A stretch of DNA of 43,639 bases from Octopus bimaculoides (GCF_001194135.2 NC_069000.1:24759556-24803194), one strand, 5' to 3'; positions 1-13,503 are shown, numbered from the stretch's first letter. Notes: a model not told the origin generated them from the letters alone. Program-made: numbers and translations.

Positions 1-305
1 GATAAAAAAAGGTATTGAAAACTATTTGAAAATGATACCAGGCTTACCATCCCTACAGGAAGTGCAAAAAATCGTGCTAACTGGAATGACTCATGTACTA
101 AGAAGAGCATTATCGCTATGAAAACAACATCCATTCATGAATTTTTTTTTAATTAAAAAAATTTTTTTTTTAAATACAAGTTTTACTTGTGAATTTGCGT
201 GTGTAAATTGGGAATGCATACAACGAGTTTCTCTGCCCTAGGTGTACAGAAAACACTCGGCGAGAAATGGAAGAAAATTTGAAGAAAGAAGAAAAAAACA
301 ACAAC

Positions 306-307
<2 letters not shown>
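1..307 (+). mobile_element. R4/Dong-like RLE LINE 3' end
   Basis: Frame 2-121 reads IKKGIENYLKMIPGLPSLQEVQKIVLTGMTHVLRRALSL*, the typical RLE C-terminus. It is followed by a 3' UTR that runs into (AAT)10 at 308-337. Confidence 0.8.
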
Positions 308-337
<30 letters not shown>

Positions 338-338
<1 letters not shown>

Positions 339-2312
339 TGTTAGCTGGTGAACTGCATAGATACCTGGAAAACAGTGGGCTGCTACCTATTGAACAGAAA
401 GAGTGCCAAATAAGGAGCCGGGGAATGAAGGATCAGATCTTAATTGATAGTCTAATTATCAGGAATTGCAAGAGAAGACAAAACAAACCTGAGCATGGCA
501 TAGGTTGACTATCGTAAAGCATACAATATGATACCATATTCCTGGATAATAAGAACAATGAAAATGTAGCAGAAAATATGAGAAACCTTATGTGGAATAG
601 CATGAAATGCTGGAAAACAGAATTGACTGTAGGGAATCAAGTATTAGGAGAAGTGAAAATCAAGAGAGGAATCTTCCAGGGAGACAGTGTGTCCTCACTG
701 ATCTTCGTGTTGGGAATGATTCCCTTGAGAGAAATACTACAGAAAAATAAATTGGGGTATGATCTGGGAAGAGGTAAGGGAAAATTGAACCAATTGCTAT
801 TCATGGATGACCTGAAGCTATTCACAAAAACTGAGGCAGAACTGAATAGCCTAGTCCAGTCTGTTTGGATTTTCTCTAACGATATTAAGATGGAGTTTGG
901 ACTCTCAAAATGTGCTACAATGGTGATCAGATGAGGAAAACTTTTCAGAATAGAAGGCATACGGTTGCCAAGTGGTGAAATGATGAAGGCAATTCAACCA
1001 CTATCCAGCTATAAATACCTGGGAATACTTGAGGCAGAAGGAATCAAACATGAGATGAGGGGAAAGATGACAAGCGAGTACTTGCAGTGAGTGAGAAAAA
1101 TAATGGCTTCAAAACTGAATGTGAGAAACATAATTTTGGTAATAAACTAGTGTACAGTCGCAGTAGTTCGGTATGGCACTGGAATCCTTAAGTTGACAGA
1201 GAAGGAACTGAAGAAGATGGACAGGAAGTCAAAAAAGCTCCTAATGATGCATGGAGCTTGTCATCCACGTGCGGACACTGACTGCCTATACATGAAGAAA
1301 GCAAATGGAGGAAGAGGACTGATAAGTGTGGAAGACTGTGTGCGTATCAAACTCGGGAGCTTAATGAGAAACCTAGCCCAAAGTCAGGAAACCTTGCTAG
1401 TAACAGTTAGGAACGAGGGAGTATTGAAAGCAGAGAAAAAAAAAGGAAAAACGAAGGAAGAAGTGCAAAAAGCACATGAAGAAGAATTACACAGGAAAGG
1501 ACTATGCAATCAATTCCATATAACCACAACAGACATTGCTGGAAAAAATAGGCAGGATTGGCTGATGAAAGGAACACTAAAAACAGAGACAAAGAGCACT
1601 ACACTGGCAGTGCAAGACCAAGCTTTGGCCACAAACTGGAGGGTAAACCTTAGGAGTAAGCAAGTGTCTCCATTGTGCCATATCTGCAATAGAGTGGATG
1701 AAACCACTGCCCATATCACGAATGAATGCCCTATACTTGCCCCAACTACTACAAGTTGTGGTGACACAACCAGGTAGTGAAAGTGCTACTTTAGAAACTG
1801 TGTGAAAAGTTGGGGCTAGAGAGAGGCAAGACAAGGTATGAGCACAAACCACAGAAAGTGGCAGAGTCAGAGACAAACAAAATCCTCTGGGATTTCCCAA
1901 TCCAAACAGATCAGGTGCTAGAGCATAACAGACCAGACCTAGTGGTGGTGGACAAAATGCACCACATATGCTATATAGCTCATGTTGCATTCCCCTTTGA
2001 CCCATGAATTGTCAAAAAGGAAGGCAAAAAGATAGAGAGATACAACCCTCTTAATTACGAAAATAGCCTGGCTATAGAAAATGAAGGTGAAGAGAGTGTC
2101 AAATATTGTTGGTTCCATGGCAGCAGTATCAGAAGGCATCAAGAGGAATATAAAGGAAATTGGAATAGAGTGCCCAGTAGAACTGTTACAAAAGGTTTGC
2201 CTTCTTGGCAGAGCCAGAATAATCAAGAAAGTATTAGATGGCTGAAAAGAATGAATAGCATGGTACCGTAGGCTGCAGATAGCTAGCTTCAACAAAACCT
2301 GTGATAAAGGAG
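338..2312 (+). mobile_element. 5'-truncated R4/Dong-like LINE, copy A (RT, CCHC, RLE; inactivated)
   Basis: RT motifs GIFQGDS and LLFMDDLKL; GGRGL; AVQDQAL; CHIC...HITNEC knuckle; HNRPDLVVVDK RLE motif. Stops and frameshifts. Flanked by (AAT)10 and (ATA)n at 2313-2329. Confidence 0.9.
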
Positions 2313-2617
2313 ATAATAATAATAATAATTTATGGAAATTGACATAACTCTTCAAGAATGTAAACAGACAATAAGAAGAGCATGATATGATTTGTAATAG
2401 CTTGTTTATTTAATTGTTTGAATGATATTTCAACAGATCATTTGTCTTCAGGTTCAAAATGTAAAATGAAAATAACTGCAGAAACAGAAATTCAAAATAT
2501 AAATGAAGTAATCCTGCATGCCTATTTTGATAGAATGACATCATCAATTTTCAATTTCATAACTGATAAAAAGAAAAAAAAAAAAGAAAAGAAAAGAAAA
2601 AGAAGAAAAAGAATATT

Positions 2618-3078
2618 TAGCTGAACAGTTTTGTGCAAATGTGATGGAATCCACCTGTCATATTATTCATTCCTCCAGGGTGAGATGTTAATAATTCACA
2701 AATATATTTGTCCTCATGCATTTTGAGGATAGCATAGTAGAGTCAGAATACTTTCTGAGAATGTGCACTTTCAGGTGTTTCTCAAAATTGCAGCTGTTTG
2801 ATGTAAAATGTTTGGCAAGTTCTGTTTAACTACTGCTATTGTACCTGACCTCATATTTATGCCCATTGAATCTTTTGTTTGATTGTTCTGTTGTACAACC
2901 AACATAAATCAAGTTGTGTTTGGTGCATTCTACTGGGTACCCTGAATGGGAATCTTTACATGTTCCACCTTCTGTATAAATCTTAACATTTCGGTTATGA
3001 TTTGTGATGGAATTTTTGACTTGACCCATGTTGTTGTTCAATGAACAGGGCTTACCTCTCTTGCGGCTGTTTTTTAAA
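2618..3078 (-). mobile_element. Penelope-like element GIY-YIG endonuclease fragment
   Basis: VECTKHNLIYVGCTTEQSNKRFNGHK...ELAKHF...DKYICELLTSHPGGMN resembles a PLE GIY-YIG C-terminus. Disrupted. Confidence 0.75.
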
Positions 3079-3420
3079 GTGCAGTGTTCAAACAAATATT
3101 CCCTCAGCCACCTATTGTAGCCTTTAGACACAATAAAAATGTAAAAGAAACAACCACAATCTTTAACCCCAAGAAAACTACCAATGGAGTTTCTTGTGGC
3201 TGAAAGATAGTAGGGGGTTCACTCCCCTGCTTGCAATATATATTAGGTGCAGATTGCATCGAATAACCAGCTGGAGGAGGTGTCCTCTTAGGGTTAAAAA
3301 GTAGCAGTAATGCTGGTTCCTACAGAACAGCCATGTTTAAGTGGTAATAAACATTACTTCTCAAAATATGATTCTTTGACTGAAAAACACAAACTTTATT
3401 AGATCTTTGTTGAAAGAATA
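3078..3420 (+). mobile_element. Penelope-like fragment in opposite orientation (RT-EN linker plus probable terminal region)
   Basis: 3084-3149 encodes VFKQIFPQPPIVAFRHNKNVKE, the PLE PPIVAFRR..N+K linker motif, on the + strand. Confidence 0.6.
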
Positions 3421-4089
3421 AAAAAAGGAAGTAATATCTACTTGATTGTGTCATGGGTGGTTAAGAAGACTGCTTCACAATCATAAGATTTTAGGTTTAA
3501 AATTACTGAATGACAGCTTCAGTAAGTACATTTTACCATGTTTTACCATGTCTTGGGCTATGACCCAAACACTGTGGGTGAAATTGAGAAAAATCTATAA
3601 GGCAGATTTGGATTGCCTTTCCCATATTGTGTTACATTAATTCATCCTGAGAATTAGGTTAATGAGATGTATCTCAGTATAATAATTAGCCACTGACATG
3701 TTAATTGAATGAGTAGCTAGGTCAGTTGATTAAACAAGTGAATGCTCATTGTTGAAACCAAAGGGGAATCCATCAGAGAGGACTCTCTAATTCTTGATTC
3801 ACTTCCTTTACTTTCATGAGGAATGTAAATGTACCATAAGCCACCTAAGCTTTGTTAATAAGAGAACATCACAATCAGCTGCACATTATTATGTGTTTGC
3901 CTATGAAATATTCTGTGTTATCTATCAGTTACTCTACCCTAACATCATAATTAATAAACATAAAAGTGTTTATCTGTTAATTACCATGTTGGAGCAGAGT
4001 ATGAAGTGGTGTTGTACTGAGGTCAAGTAAGGTCAAGTAGGAGAATCTAACTCTGTGTATGTATGTAAAAAATTTATTTTTAATGAAAT

Positions 4090-4900
4090 CTGTGGTGTTA
4101 TGAGCCAGGCTGTGTTGTAGGGAAGGATCGGAAGTGAGGGCGTAGGCATGTCCTGTCGGAAGTGGGGCCTGTGGATCCCACCGGAAGTGTCGCAGTGAAC
4201 AAGCAGCATCAACGAAGCACGAGGGGCCAGTGGGAGGTGGACAGCACATCAGAGCAGACGTGTGAGACTGTACAGTGATGGATAGCACACGAGGATGTGG
4301 AGTGAATCTTGGAGACCGAGACAGCATGTTGATGTTGAAAGTGACCCTTTTTCCAGACTGACAGGTAAGACTACCGTAATTCTCACTTCACTTCCATCTT
4401 TTTCTTCCTTTACATCACAAGCTATTTCGGCTCAAAAAAAAAAAAAAAAAAAAAGATGGGTATGGTCTGTGTTTCGAATGAGACAGTTAGGCCATTTTGT
4501 GGCAAGGGAGATGTGACCACTTGGTTGCAAAAAAATTAAGTTGGTGGCAAGACTCCAAGGTATAGATGATCTAGCGAGTTTTATACTGTTGTACCTTGAT
4601 GGATCAGCATTGGCGCTATACCTGGAAATGGAAGAGAAGGACCAGTTGAGCGCAGAAAAAATACAAGGCTGGCTGATGGAGGCTTTCACAGAAGGGCCAT
4701 TTATGGCATATGGTTGACTGAGGAAAGCAAAGTGGATGGGTGAACAGGTCGATGTGTTTGCTAATGAAATTGTTTGAATGACAGTGGAAGGTAGGTGGAA
4801 GAGTCTGGGTCTGGATAGTTTGAACATAAAACAGAGAATATTTGGGTCAGATATGGACAGTTTAAATGCCAAAGAGTTGAGTGATATGTTGATGTATTAG
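4090..4900 (+). mobile_element. Gypsy-like LTR retrotransposon 5' region and gag fragment
   Basis: A GC-richer leader is followed from ~4455 by frameshifted PFCGKGDVTTWLQK/IKLVARLQGIDDLASFILLYLDGSALALYLEM...EAFTEGPFMAY...WMGEQVDVFANEI, which is gag-like. Confidence 0.65.
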
Positions 4901-6091
4901 GCAACAACAGTTTTTATTGTTGTTGTATTGTTGTTGTAGCTGTGTAGCTTACTGTAGGCTGATCCTCAGTCAGACATATACAATAAGGCCTATGGCCTGT
5001 CAATATTTAATTGTTTCTGTTTAGTCTTAGCTCAGTCCTGACTGAGCAGTTCTATCATCATCATCATCATCATCATCGTTTAACGTCCGCTTTCCATGCT
5101 AGCATGGGTTGGACGATTTGACTGAGGACTGGTGCAACTGGATGGCTACACCAGGCTCCAATCTAATTTGGCAGAGTTTCTACAGCTGGATGCCCTTCCT
5201 AACGCCAACCACTCAGGACCAAAGATATTTCAGCAATGACCAAATTACCTTTTTTCCTAAATATAGTGTACTGAAGACTGCATTATCCAATTGTGTCCAT
5301 CCGTTTTATTAAATTAGCAGGTTGTGATTTGAGAGAGACTTGATTGCTGCTCCTGGCAAATGAGCAACCTCACAGAAGCTCTCTTGGCTCATGTAGCTGG
5401 CTAGTTGAATGTTCAGTTGTGACACATTGTGTTACAACTTCAACTGGACATTCAATAAGTGCAGTGTATAAATGTGGGCATGTTGTATTTCTTCAACTGG
5501 TCAGCCTCTAAGTCATTGCTTAACTTGCTTAAGATAGCAACCAAATCTCCCACAAATCATTTTCTTACTAACTTAAAAGAGAAAATAAATATATTAGAAA
5601 GGTCACTTATTAAACAAAATGCACCAAAAGTGATAATGCAGTTTTTATCAACTTTGGACTAAGACCATGGTTGAAATCAAAGTTATTACATATTATGTCA
5701 TTAGCAAAGGCTTTGAGGAAGCGTAGTCTTTCTTTTTCATTTTCTTTTGTTTTCCTTTATTCTGGCTTTGCCTAAGGAGAAAGGATTGCATCTATGATCT
5801 TTTCTCAGGCTTCCAAGAAAGGTTAGAGGAAGGAACGAAGAGGTCCTCAGACTGGCGACTTGGCCTGAATGCTTGTAACTGTATATTCCACTAAAGACAT
5901 ACAACGATTAAGTAATGGGGTTAAACTCGGTGACTGTTTAAGTCTATATCCAAGAAAAGAACAGGAACTGTTCTTCTAACATGTTTCTGATACAATTTAC
6001 ATGAGAGACTAGTCATTCAGTGGCATCAAACCTGGGACTATGATCTCATGACTACAAAGGGAACTTCTTAACCATCTGCTCATGATGCATC

Positions 6092-6094
<3 letters not shown>

Positions 6095-6165
<71 letters not shown>

Positions 6166-6178
6166 GTGTGTGTGTGTG
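6095..6178. repeat. Compound (GA)n(GT)n microsatellite
   Basis: Seen directly. Confidence 0.95.
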
Positions 6179-7543
6179 TAGAACATGAAAGTAAAATGAT
6201 GAAGATGATAATAATGATATGCACACACACACAAACAAACACACACACACACACACACGTACATATAACATATAAGTGATAAATTTAAGCAGAAGATAGA
6301 GAATATTCTGTGCCTGTTTGGTACCCACTATTGTTGATAATGATAACCAGCTGATAACATTAAGCAGGAAATATACGAGTATTTTCTGTATGCTTGGGAC
6401 ATAAAATTTTGATAACAATACTTGTCTGATAACATTATCTGTAGCTATAAGTGACCTCCACTCATAATCACAGGTTATAAGTGAAGAAAGTGTTATCAAC
6501 TATTTGAACTGCTAATGTTCTTTAGCCCCAGGTCAGCCCCAGGTTAACCAAAATCTATGATCAAAAGTATCTAGCCGTATGCATTCCATTTTTTCTCAGG
6601 AATAGTATACTCTGCACTACATGATCCAAAGTATTTTATTGTAAGACAGTAGAATTCAGTATGAGAGAAATTTAGTTGCTATTTCTAGCACGCTGAGCAG
6701 CTAGGTAGAGACTTTCATTTAAGTACTTCTGTCTGGTAGTGTGTGTGTGTGTGTGTGTGTGTGCACATGTGCATGTATGTTTTGTGTTAGTGTGCATGTC
6801 TTGTGAGTGTATATGGGTTGCTGTTGTTTAGCCCTAAGCTAGTCCTCATTTGATGACTTATAACCAAAAGCATTCCACCCATGACCTTCTCAGCTTTTCT
6901 GATATGTGGAGAGCCCATGATTATATGTTCTTTTCTAAGAAGCTGGGAGCGATTTCCAGAAAATTGAATGACCACATAGAGGCTTCCTCATTAGGTCATA
7001 TTTTGTGTGTACAATGTATGTTAAGTGTGTATGTTCTCAAGTGGCTGTGTGTGTGTGTGTGTGTAGCACCTGGAATATAGCCAGAGTGCTCCATCTGTTT
7101 CCCATTTCTTTACCCCATCAAATATCTCAGGTTATGTAAGAAACATTCTTTGTACAAAAAAAAAAGCAAATGAAAGAAAGGAATATCTTTTAGTTGTTGT
7201 TGTTGTTGCTTAAATGAATCAGTTGAGCTACAAACAAAATAGTGGTGATGCATGGTGGATGGTACAAATCAATGGAGCAACAGAAAAATGATGTCGGTGG
7301 TGGTGATGACGGTGGTGGAATTGGCAGACAAAATGATGGGTTCAGTAGAGCATTAGACAAAAAGAACCAGTGTTATTTAGTTACATTACATAACCATTCT
7401 TAGATCAGGTCCTGCAAGATTTCTCTATCTTTCATCCCTTAATCTTTTTGTTATAGTATTTCTGTTCAACTGCATCGCCTTTGTTTCAATTAGTTTTGAA
7501 AATAACAAATAATTTAGTAAAATATTTCTGTCATTATTAAATT

Positions 7544-8905
7544 CAGTAGTTGTCAACCAGGGTCCATATGGCCCTTGGTCGGGGGTCGGGGGGGTCCATA
7601 TATTATTTTGTTATTAATATTTAAGTGCAATAAGTTGATTATACTACTACAATATGCAAAGTATTTTACTTTTTTTATACTTCTCCTAATAATATAATAT
7701 TTATAGTATTATAAAAATAGAGTAAGATGTTTTTTAATACACATCGCATAGGTATGATGGACCTGTAGTGGGAAAATTGGTCGTATGATGGTTAAGATGT
7801 CTTGTGGTAGTAATTACACCCCAATTATGTTCTGAATGAAGTGGTTGTGTGGTAAAAAGCTTGCTTCCCAACCACATGGTTCTGGGTTCAGTCTCACTGT
7901 GTGGTGCCTTGAGCAAAAGTGACCTAAACATCATTTATCAATGGGTGGATAAAAATAATATGAAATTTAATAGAACAAAATTTCAGGCCCTTCATTATAG
8001 AGGAAATAGACACAAATCCCAAAATTTTATGCCAGATAATAGAAATGATTCAGATCATTGACAACATGGGATTTAGGAATAATCATGTCAAATAATGCAC
8101 CTTTCATCAGTCACATCACCAAACTAACCTCTAAATGCAGACATCTCATAGGATGGATCCTACGAATCTTCACAACAAGAGAACCAGTAGTTATGCTAAC
8201 TCTATGGAAAACCTTAGTTCTGAGCAGATTAAATTACTGCTCACAGCTTTGGTCTCCAAATTCACCTGGTCTCATAGGAGAAATTGAAGGGTTACAAAGA
8301 ACATTCATCAGTAAAATAACTTAGGTTAATGGCCTTAATTACTGAGAATGCCTGAAAGTTCTGTGTCTCTACTCTCTTGAATGCCAAAGAAAGAGATATA
8401 CTATTATATACATATGGAAGATCCTGGAGGGGCATGTTCCAAACATCGGCATTAAAGCGAATTTTAATGCTTAATGCTCGAACTGGTAGGTACTGTCAGC
8501 TTCCAAATATACCATCTTCAAACTCATGAGCAAAAGCACTCTACTGTACCATTCTAATATTCAGAGGTCCTCAAATATTCAACTGCTTACCCAAAGAGAT
8601 TAGAAATATAAAAGGGACTTCTACTGAAACTTTCAAAAAAGCATTGCATGAACTCTTAACTATGATACCAGAACAACCAACCATTCAAGGATACACTCGG
8701 GGGAGACCAGCAACTACAAACTTGATCATTGACTGAGTTTCAATCATAAAGTAACAACAAGACTAAAAAAAAAACAAAAAAAATTAAGGCAGTGCTCTAG
8801 CATGGCTGTAGTCCAGTGACTGAAACCATTAAAAGAAGAAAAGAAAAGGATAGTGTAAAATAAGAATCAAAGGGGTCTATTGGCAAAACTGGTTAAGAAC
8901 CACTG
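7544..8905. mobile_element. hAT/Charlie-like MITE carrying nested insertions
   Basis: TIRs CAGTAGTTGTCAACC and GGTTAAGAACCACTG (12/15 match). Degenerate 8-bp flanks attaaatt/atttagct. It splits a TTAA-type repeat whose intact copies are at 24672-24888 and 32099-32321. Confidence 0.55.
7920..8760 (+). mobile_element. CR1/L2-like LINE RT C-terminal fragment
   Basis: DLNIIYQWVDKNNMKFNRTKFQ...DLGIIMSN...YCSQLWSP...IEGLQRTF...SLE..R.R. Stops and frameshifts. Confidence 0.85.
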
Positions 8906-9167
8906 ATTTAGCTGATGTTTAGAACAGGCTTTGATTTAGACTACTTTCAAACAGGAAATTTGTACCATATGATCAAGGGCAGTCTCAGGTGTGTGGGTAA
9001 AATAGTAAAATTAAGAGATCCATGAAATGAACTAATAGTAAAGTCCTAAGGGTTTCAATATAGTCAACTCTACTATCTCCTGCCCCTTAATGAATTTGTG
9101 GGAAAATTGGTTCTATGATGGTTAAAATATCTTGTGATATTAATTACATCCCATTTATGTTCTAAAT

Positions 9168-9325
9168 GAAGTGGCAGTGTGGTAACAAGCTTGCTTCCCA
9201 ACCATATGGTTTTGGGTTCAGTTCCACTGTGAGGTACCTTGGGCAAGTGTCTTCTACTATTTGCCTTGGGCCAATCAGGGCCTTGGGACTGGATTTAGTA
9301 GACGGAAACTAAAAGAAGGCCGTCA
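9168..9325 (+). mobile_element. tRNA-derived SINE (CORE-like), ends in (TA)n
   Basis: A-box-like GTGGCAGTGTGGT and B-box-like GGTTCAGTTCC, then ccttgggcaagtgtcttctacta...gacggaaact. Related copies at ~7840-7920, 24200-24290, 29585-29960 (-), 30006-30153, 33131-33276 (-) and 34850-34960. Confidence 0.7.
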
Positions 9326-9432
9326 TATATATATATATAAAATACAGAATGGAACAAGAACGCAAAACATCTGGACAGTTAGGTGATACAAAAATGGGAC
9401 AACAGAACATCCAGATAGATGATTATATATAC

Positions 9433-9480
<48 letters not shown>

Positions 9481-10059
9481 CAAAAGAGAGAAAGTGAAAA
9501 TGGAATTCACCAGATATTTTATTAATTGCATTGATTATTTCAAACCATCTTGCTTTCATCTCTCACAGGTGAGATGCTGGACAAATGGTAGTGGTGCATT
9601 CTTCAGTGCAGACGTGTTTCATCAGGTGACTTTTCAAAAGGTATCTTGCTCAATAAACTCGGTTTTGCTTGGTTTTATTATAAAGCATTTCATTATTTGC
9701 CTGTAGCTGGTTGCATACAGAATTTTGTGGTTTGAAATCTGTGTGTGTGGGTGGGGGGTTGTTTGTCCCTTACCACTGGTTGAGAACTGGTGCTTGTTTA
9801 TTTACATCCTCATAACTTAGTGGGTCAGCAAAAATGGCTGATAGAATAAGTACCAGGTACCAGGCTTCAAAAAAATATATACTGGAGTTGATTCATTCCA
9901 CTAAAAGTTTTTCAAGGTGGTGCCCCAGCATAGTCACAGTCTAATGATTGAGAAAGATAAAACATTGCTGAAACAGGATTCAAACTTCTTTCAGGTTCAA
10001 CCACACAAATTTATGGCATTGTGTCTGTATTAGAGGTAATCATCCTCATCATCATTATT

Positions 10060-10285
10060 ATTACTATCGTGGCTGAAGCAGCAAGTCAACAGAATCATTA
10101 GTTCAGCAGACAAAATACTTAGTGGCATTTCTTCTGGCTTTCAAATTCCATTGTGATTGACTTTACTGTTCATCCTTTTGAGTTTGATAAAATAAACACC
10201 AATTGAGCCCTGGGGTCAATGCAACTGACTAAACCTTTTCCACCAAAATTGCTGGCCTTGTGCCAAAATTTGAAACCATTATTAT
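10060..10285 (+). mobile_element. Second SINE family, central motif gactttgcctttcatcc...gataaaataagtacc-like
   Basis: Related to a minus-strand copy at ~11810-12010 and partial copies at ~9770-9960 and ~33420-33475. Ends in (ATT)n. Confidence 0.5.
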
Positions 10286-10711
10286 TATTGTTACTTAGGG
10301 TAGAAAAAAATGATTGCATACCAGACTAAATTCCTTCATCAGTATCACTTTATATCCTAAAATAAGCATTGGTTCTATGGATCCATCCCAAAATACACAC
10401 TGGTTATATGGATTGGTACTGAAATAGGCAGTAGCTCTATGTATATGTTCTGAGATCAGCTCTATCTCTATGGGTCTCTCCTAGCATGCACATTGGTTCT
10501 GTGGATCTAGACTGACAGATTGGTTAAAATCATCATCATCATCATCATCATCATCCATCCATCCCCCATTTAGCAATCATGTTCCATGTGGGCATGAATT
10601 GGGTGGTTTGACAAGGATCCAATGAGTCAAGGACTGCATTGTATTCTAGTGTCGGCTTTGGCATGGTTTCTGTAAATGGGTGCCCTATTTAATGCCAACT
10701 ATTATCAAGGA

Positions 10712-11190
10712 TTGGGGAAAAAGACCTGCTTACTGACAGACATTGCAGTCTCTTCTGATCAAAATATTGTCCAAAAAGAAGTGGTGAAAATGTCAATGTA
10801 CAAAGACCTTGAAATTGAAGTATTCAAGATATGGGGCACAAAGGTAAAAACAATACCAAAAGTAACTGGAACATTGGGCATGATAAAAAAACATATGAAC
10901 AAAAATGTAGAGGCTATATCTGGATCTTCAACATAACACACTATCCAAAAAATAGCCCTGCTAGAAACAGCCCACATCCTATGCAAGACACTATCAATCC
11001 AATAATACAACCTAAACAAAATGACCCACAAACACAAGGCACACTCTATTCAGCAATTACCCAGTGAAATAAACTTCCACCAGCAATCTAGATAACCAAT
11101 GCATTATACACTCAACACACAATACAAGCAGTAACACAACAAAAGACTGCATCACACCTCAAGAGAGAAAAAAACTAACACAATAAAGTA
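10712..11190 (+). mobile_element. R4/Dong-like RLE 3' fragment
   Basis: CLLTDIAVSSDQNIVQKEVVKMSMYKDLEIEV..IW..KVKTIP...GTLG, then KIALLETAHILCKTLSIQ*. Confidence 0.85.
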
Positions 11191-11314
11191 CTGGGAAAAG
11201 TTTACACATCCAACAGCAGAAAAGAACACACAATGCTGCACACACCCCAGCAACACGGTGGTGTAGCAGATGATGCAGTAGAAATTTGCCTCAATCTACC
11301 AAATGTTGAACAGC

Positions 11315-11803
<489 letters not shown>

Positions 11804-12029
11804 CGTGTCATATTTTCAAACAAGGTCAGTAAGTTCAAGGGAGAGAGCTAGTCAATTACATCAACCCCACTACTCAATTGTTGCTTATTTTATTGGGACT
11901 GAAAGGAGGAAAGGTAAAGTTGACCTTGGCAGAATTTGAACTCAGGACATAAAGATGAACAAAATACTGCTATGCATTTTGCCTGACATAATAATGATTC
12001 TGCCAGCTCACTACCATAATAATAACATA

Positions 12030-12032
12030 TTG

Positions 12033-12105
<73 letters not shown>
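12030..12105. repeat. (GAT)n microsatellite
   Basis: Seen directly. It explains the poly-M, poly-H and poly-S ORFs. Confidence 0.95.
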
Positions 12106-12329
12106 CGACAGCGACAACGACGACAACAATGACAACAATACAATGATGATGGTGACAATGATAGTCCCTCTTGTCAATTTTGATGTATGAGTGTATGAAG
12201 GAGAGGATTTAAAGGAAAAATATCCCTGAAAATATGTTGGAGCATCATTGAAAAGAATATGGAAAAATGTACAGGAGCTGAAACACAACCCTTTTGGTTC
12301 CAGTGGCAACAGAAAATATCTCTGAACAT

Positions 12330-12632
12330 TGACTGCTAAACATCATTGTTATCATGATTCTTTGTGCAGATATAGTATTACCCTTATCCTTTTATCAGGA
12401 AGACCAGCTTTTTCCAGAGCACCTCATGATTCACTGTATCAAAGGCCTTGGTCAAGTTGATAAAGACCGTGTAGTAGTCAGTATTTTGTTCATGTGCTTT
12501 TTCTTAAACTTGCTGAAGGGCAAAGATCATATCAGCTGTGCCTCTCCAAGCCCAAAATCTACACTGGGATTCAGGATATATGCTGCTTACTACATGCTTA
12601 TTGAAGCAGTTAAGGATCATCCTTGCAAGTAG
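12330..12632 (-). mobile_element. RTE/BovB-like LINE RT fragment
   Basis: SIYPESQCRFWAWRGTADMIFALQQV, then a frameshifted F+DL.KAFD-type motif. Confidence 0.8.
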
Positions 12633-12639
12633 CTCTTTA

Positions 12640-13503
12640 ATTTTATCAAGAGCTGCTAGTGTAACAGTAGGAGACAGGGAAACTGAAAAGCCAGATGTAA
12701 AAAGAAGCAAGATTATCTTACTGGCAAGGGAAGGCTTTACATGGTAGATTTTCAAAGATAGTTGCAGAAAATAGTAATAGTGGGATATGGTTGTGGTTGC
12801 AGAAAGGAAGGCTGAAAAGGAAGACAAAAAGTTTGTTAGTAACAGCACAAGATCAAGCATTGGGGACTAACTGGATAAAATCCAAGATAGACAAAAATCA
12901 GGTAGATTCCCAATGTAGGTTATGTAAATCAAAAGAAGAAAGTGTTAACCATATAGTGCCAGCAGAAGTAGTATGCTGGCGCAGAAAGAATAAACGCCTA
13001 GGGAGAATAATCCACTGGGATTTATGTAGAAAACTAAGATTTGGCCATACTGATAAGTGGTATGGACATGAACCTAGTAAAGTGCTAGAAAGTAAAAATA
13101 TAAGATGTGAGATTTTAGCATTCAAACTGATGTGTAGACAAAAAGAACAGAAAGTGTCAGGTAATTAACTTTATAGTCCCAAATGTTGAGAAGGTCAATG
13201 TGAGAGGTATAGAGAAAATAGCAAAATACTAGTACTTACCCATTGAGTTACAGAGGCTATGGAAAGAGCAGGTAAAACGTATCCTTGTAAGGATACATTA
13301 GGAACTATTCCTAAAGATTTGAACAGATGGTTAAAGGAAATAGGTATAAAACCTAGTTTAGTGTAGCTTGAGAAAATCGTATTTTTAGAGACAGCTAGGA
13401 TACTTAGGAAGGTTCTTGGCATCTAAGGTTATTGTTGTAGCCTGATGTTAGTTAATTTTCTCTGAAGATCGAATTTGTTGTGTGTAAATGAAATAATAAT
13501 AAA
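12640..13503 (+). mobile_element. R4/Dong-like 3' fragment, copy E
   Basis: WLQKGRLKRKTKSLLVTAQDQAL...CRLCKSKEESVNHIV...LETARILRKVL. The 3' UTR ends in a short aataataataa tail. Confidence 0.85.
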
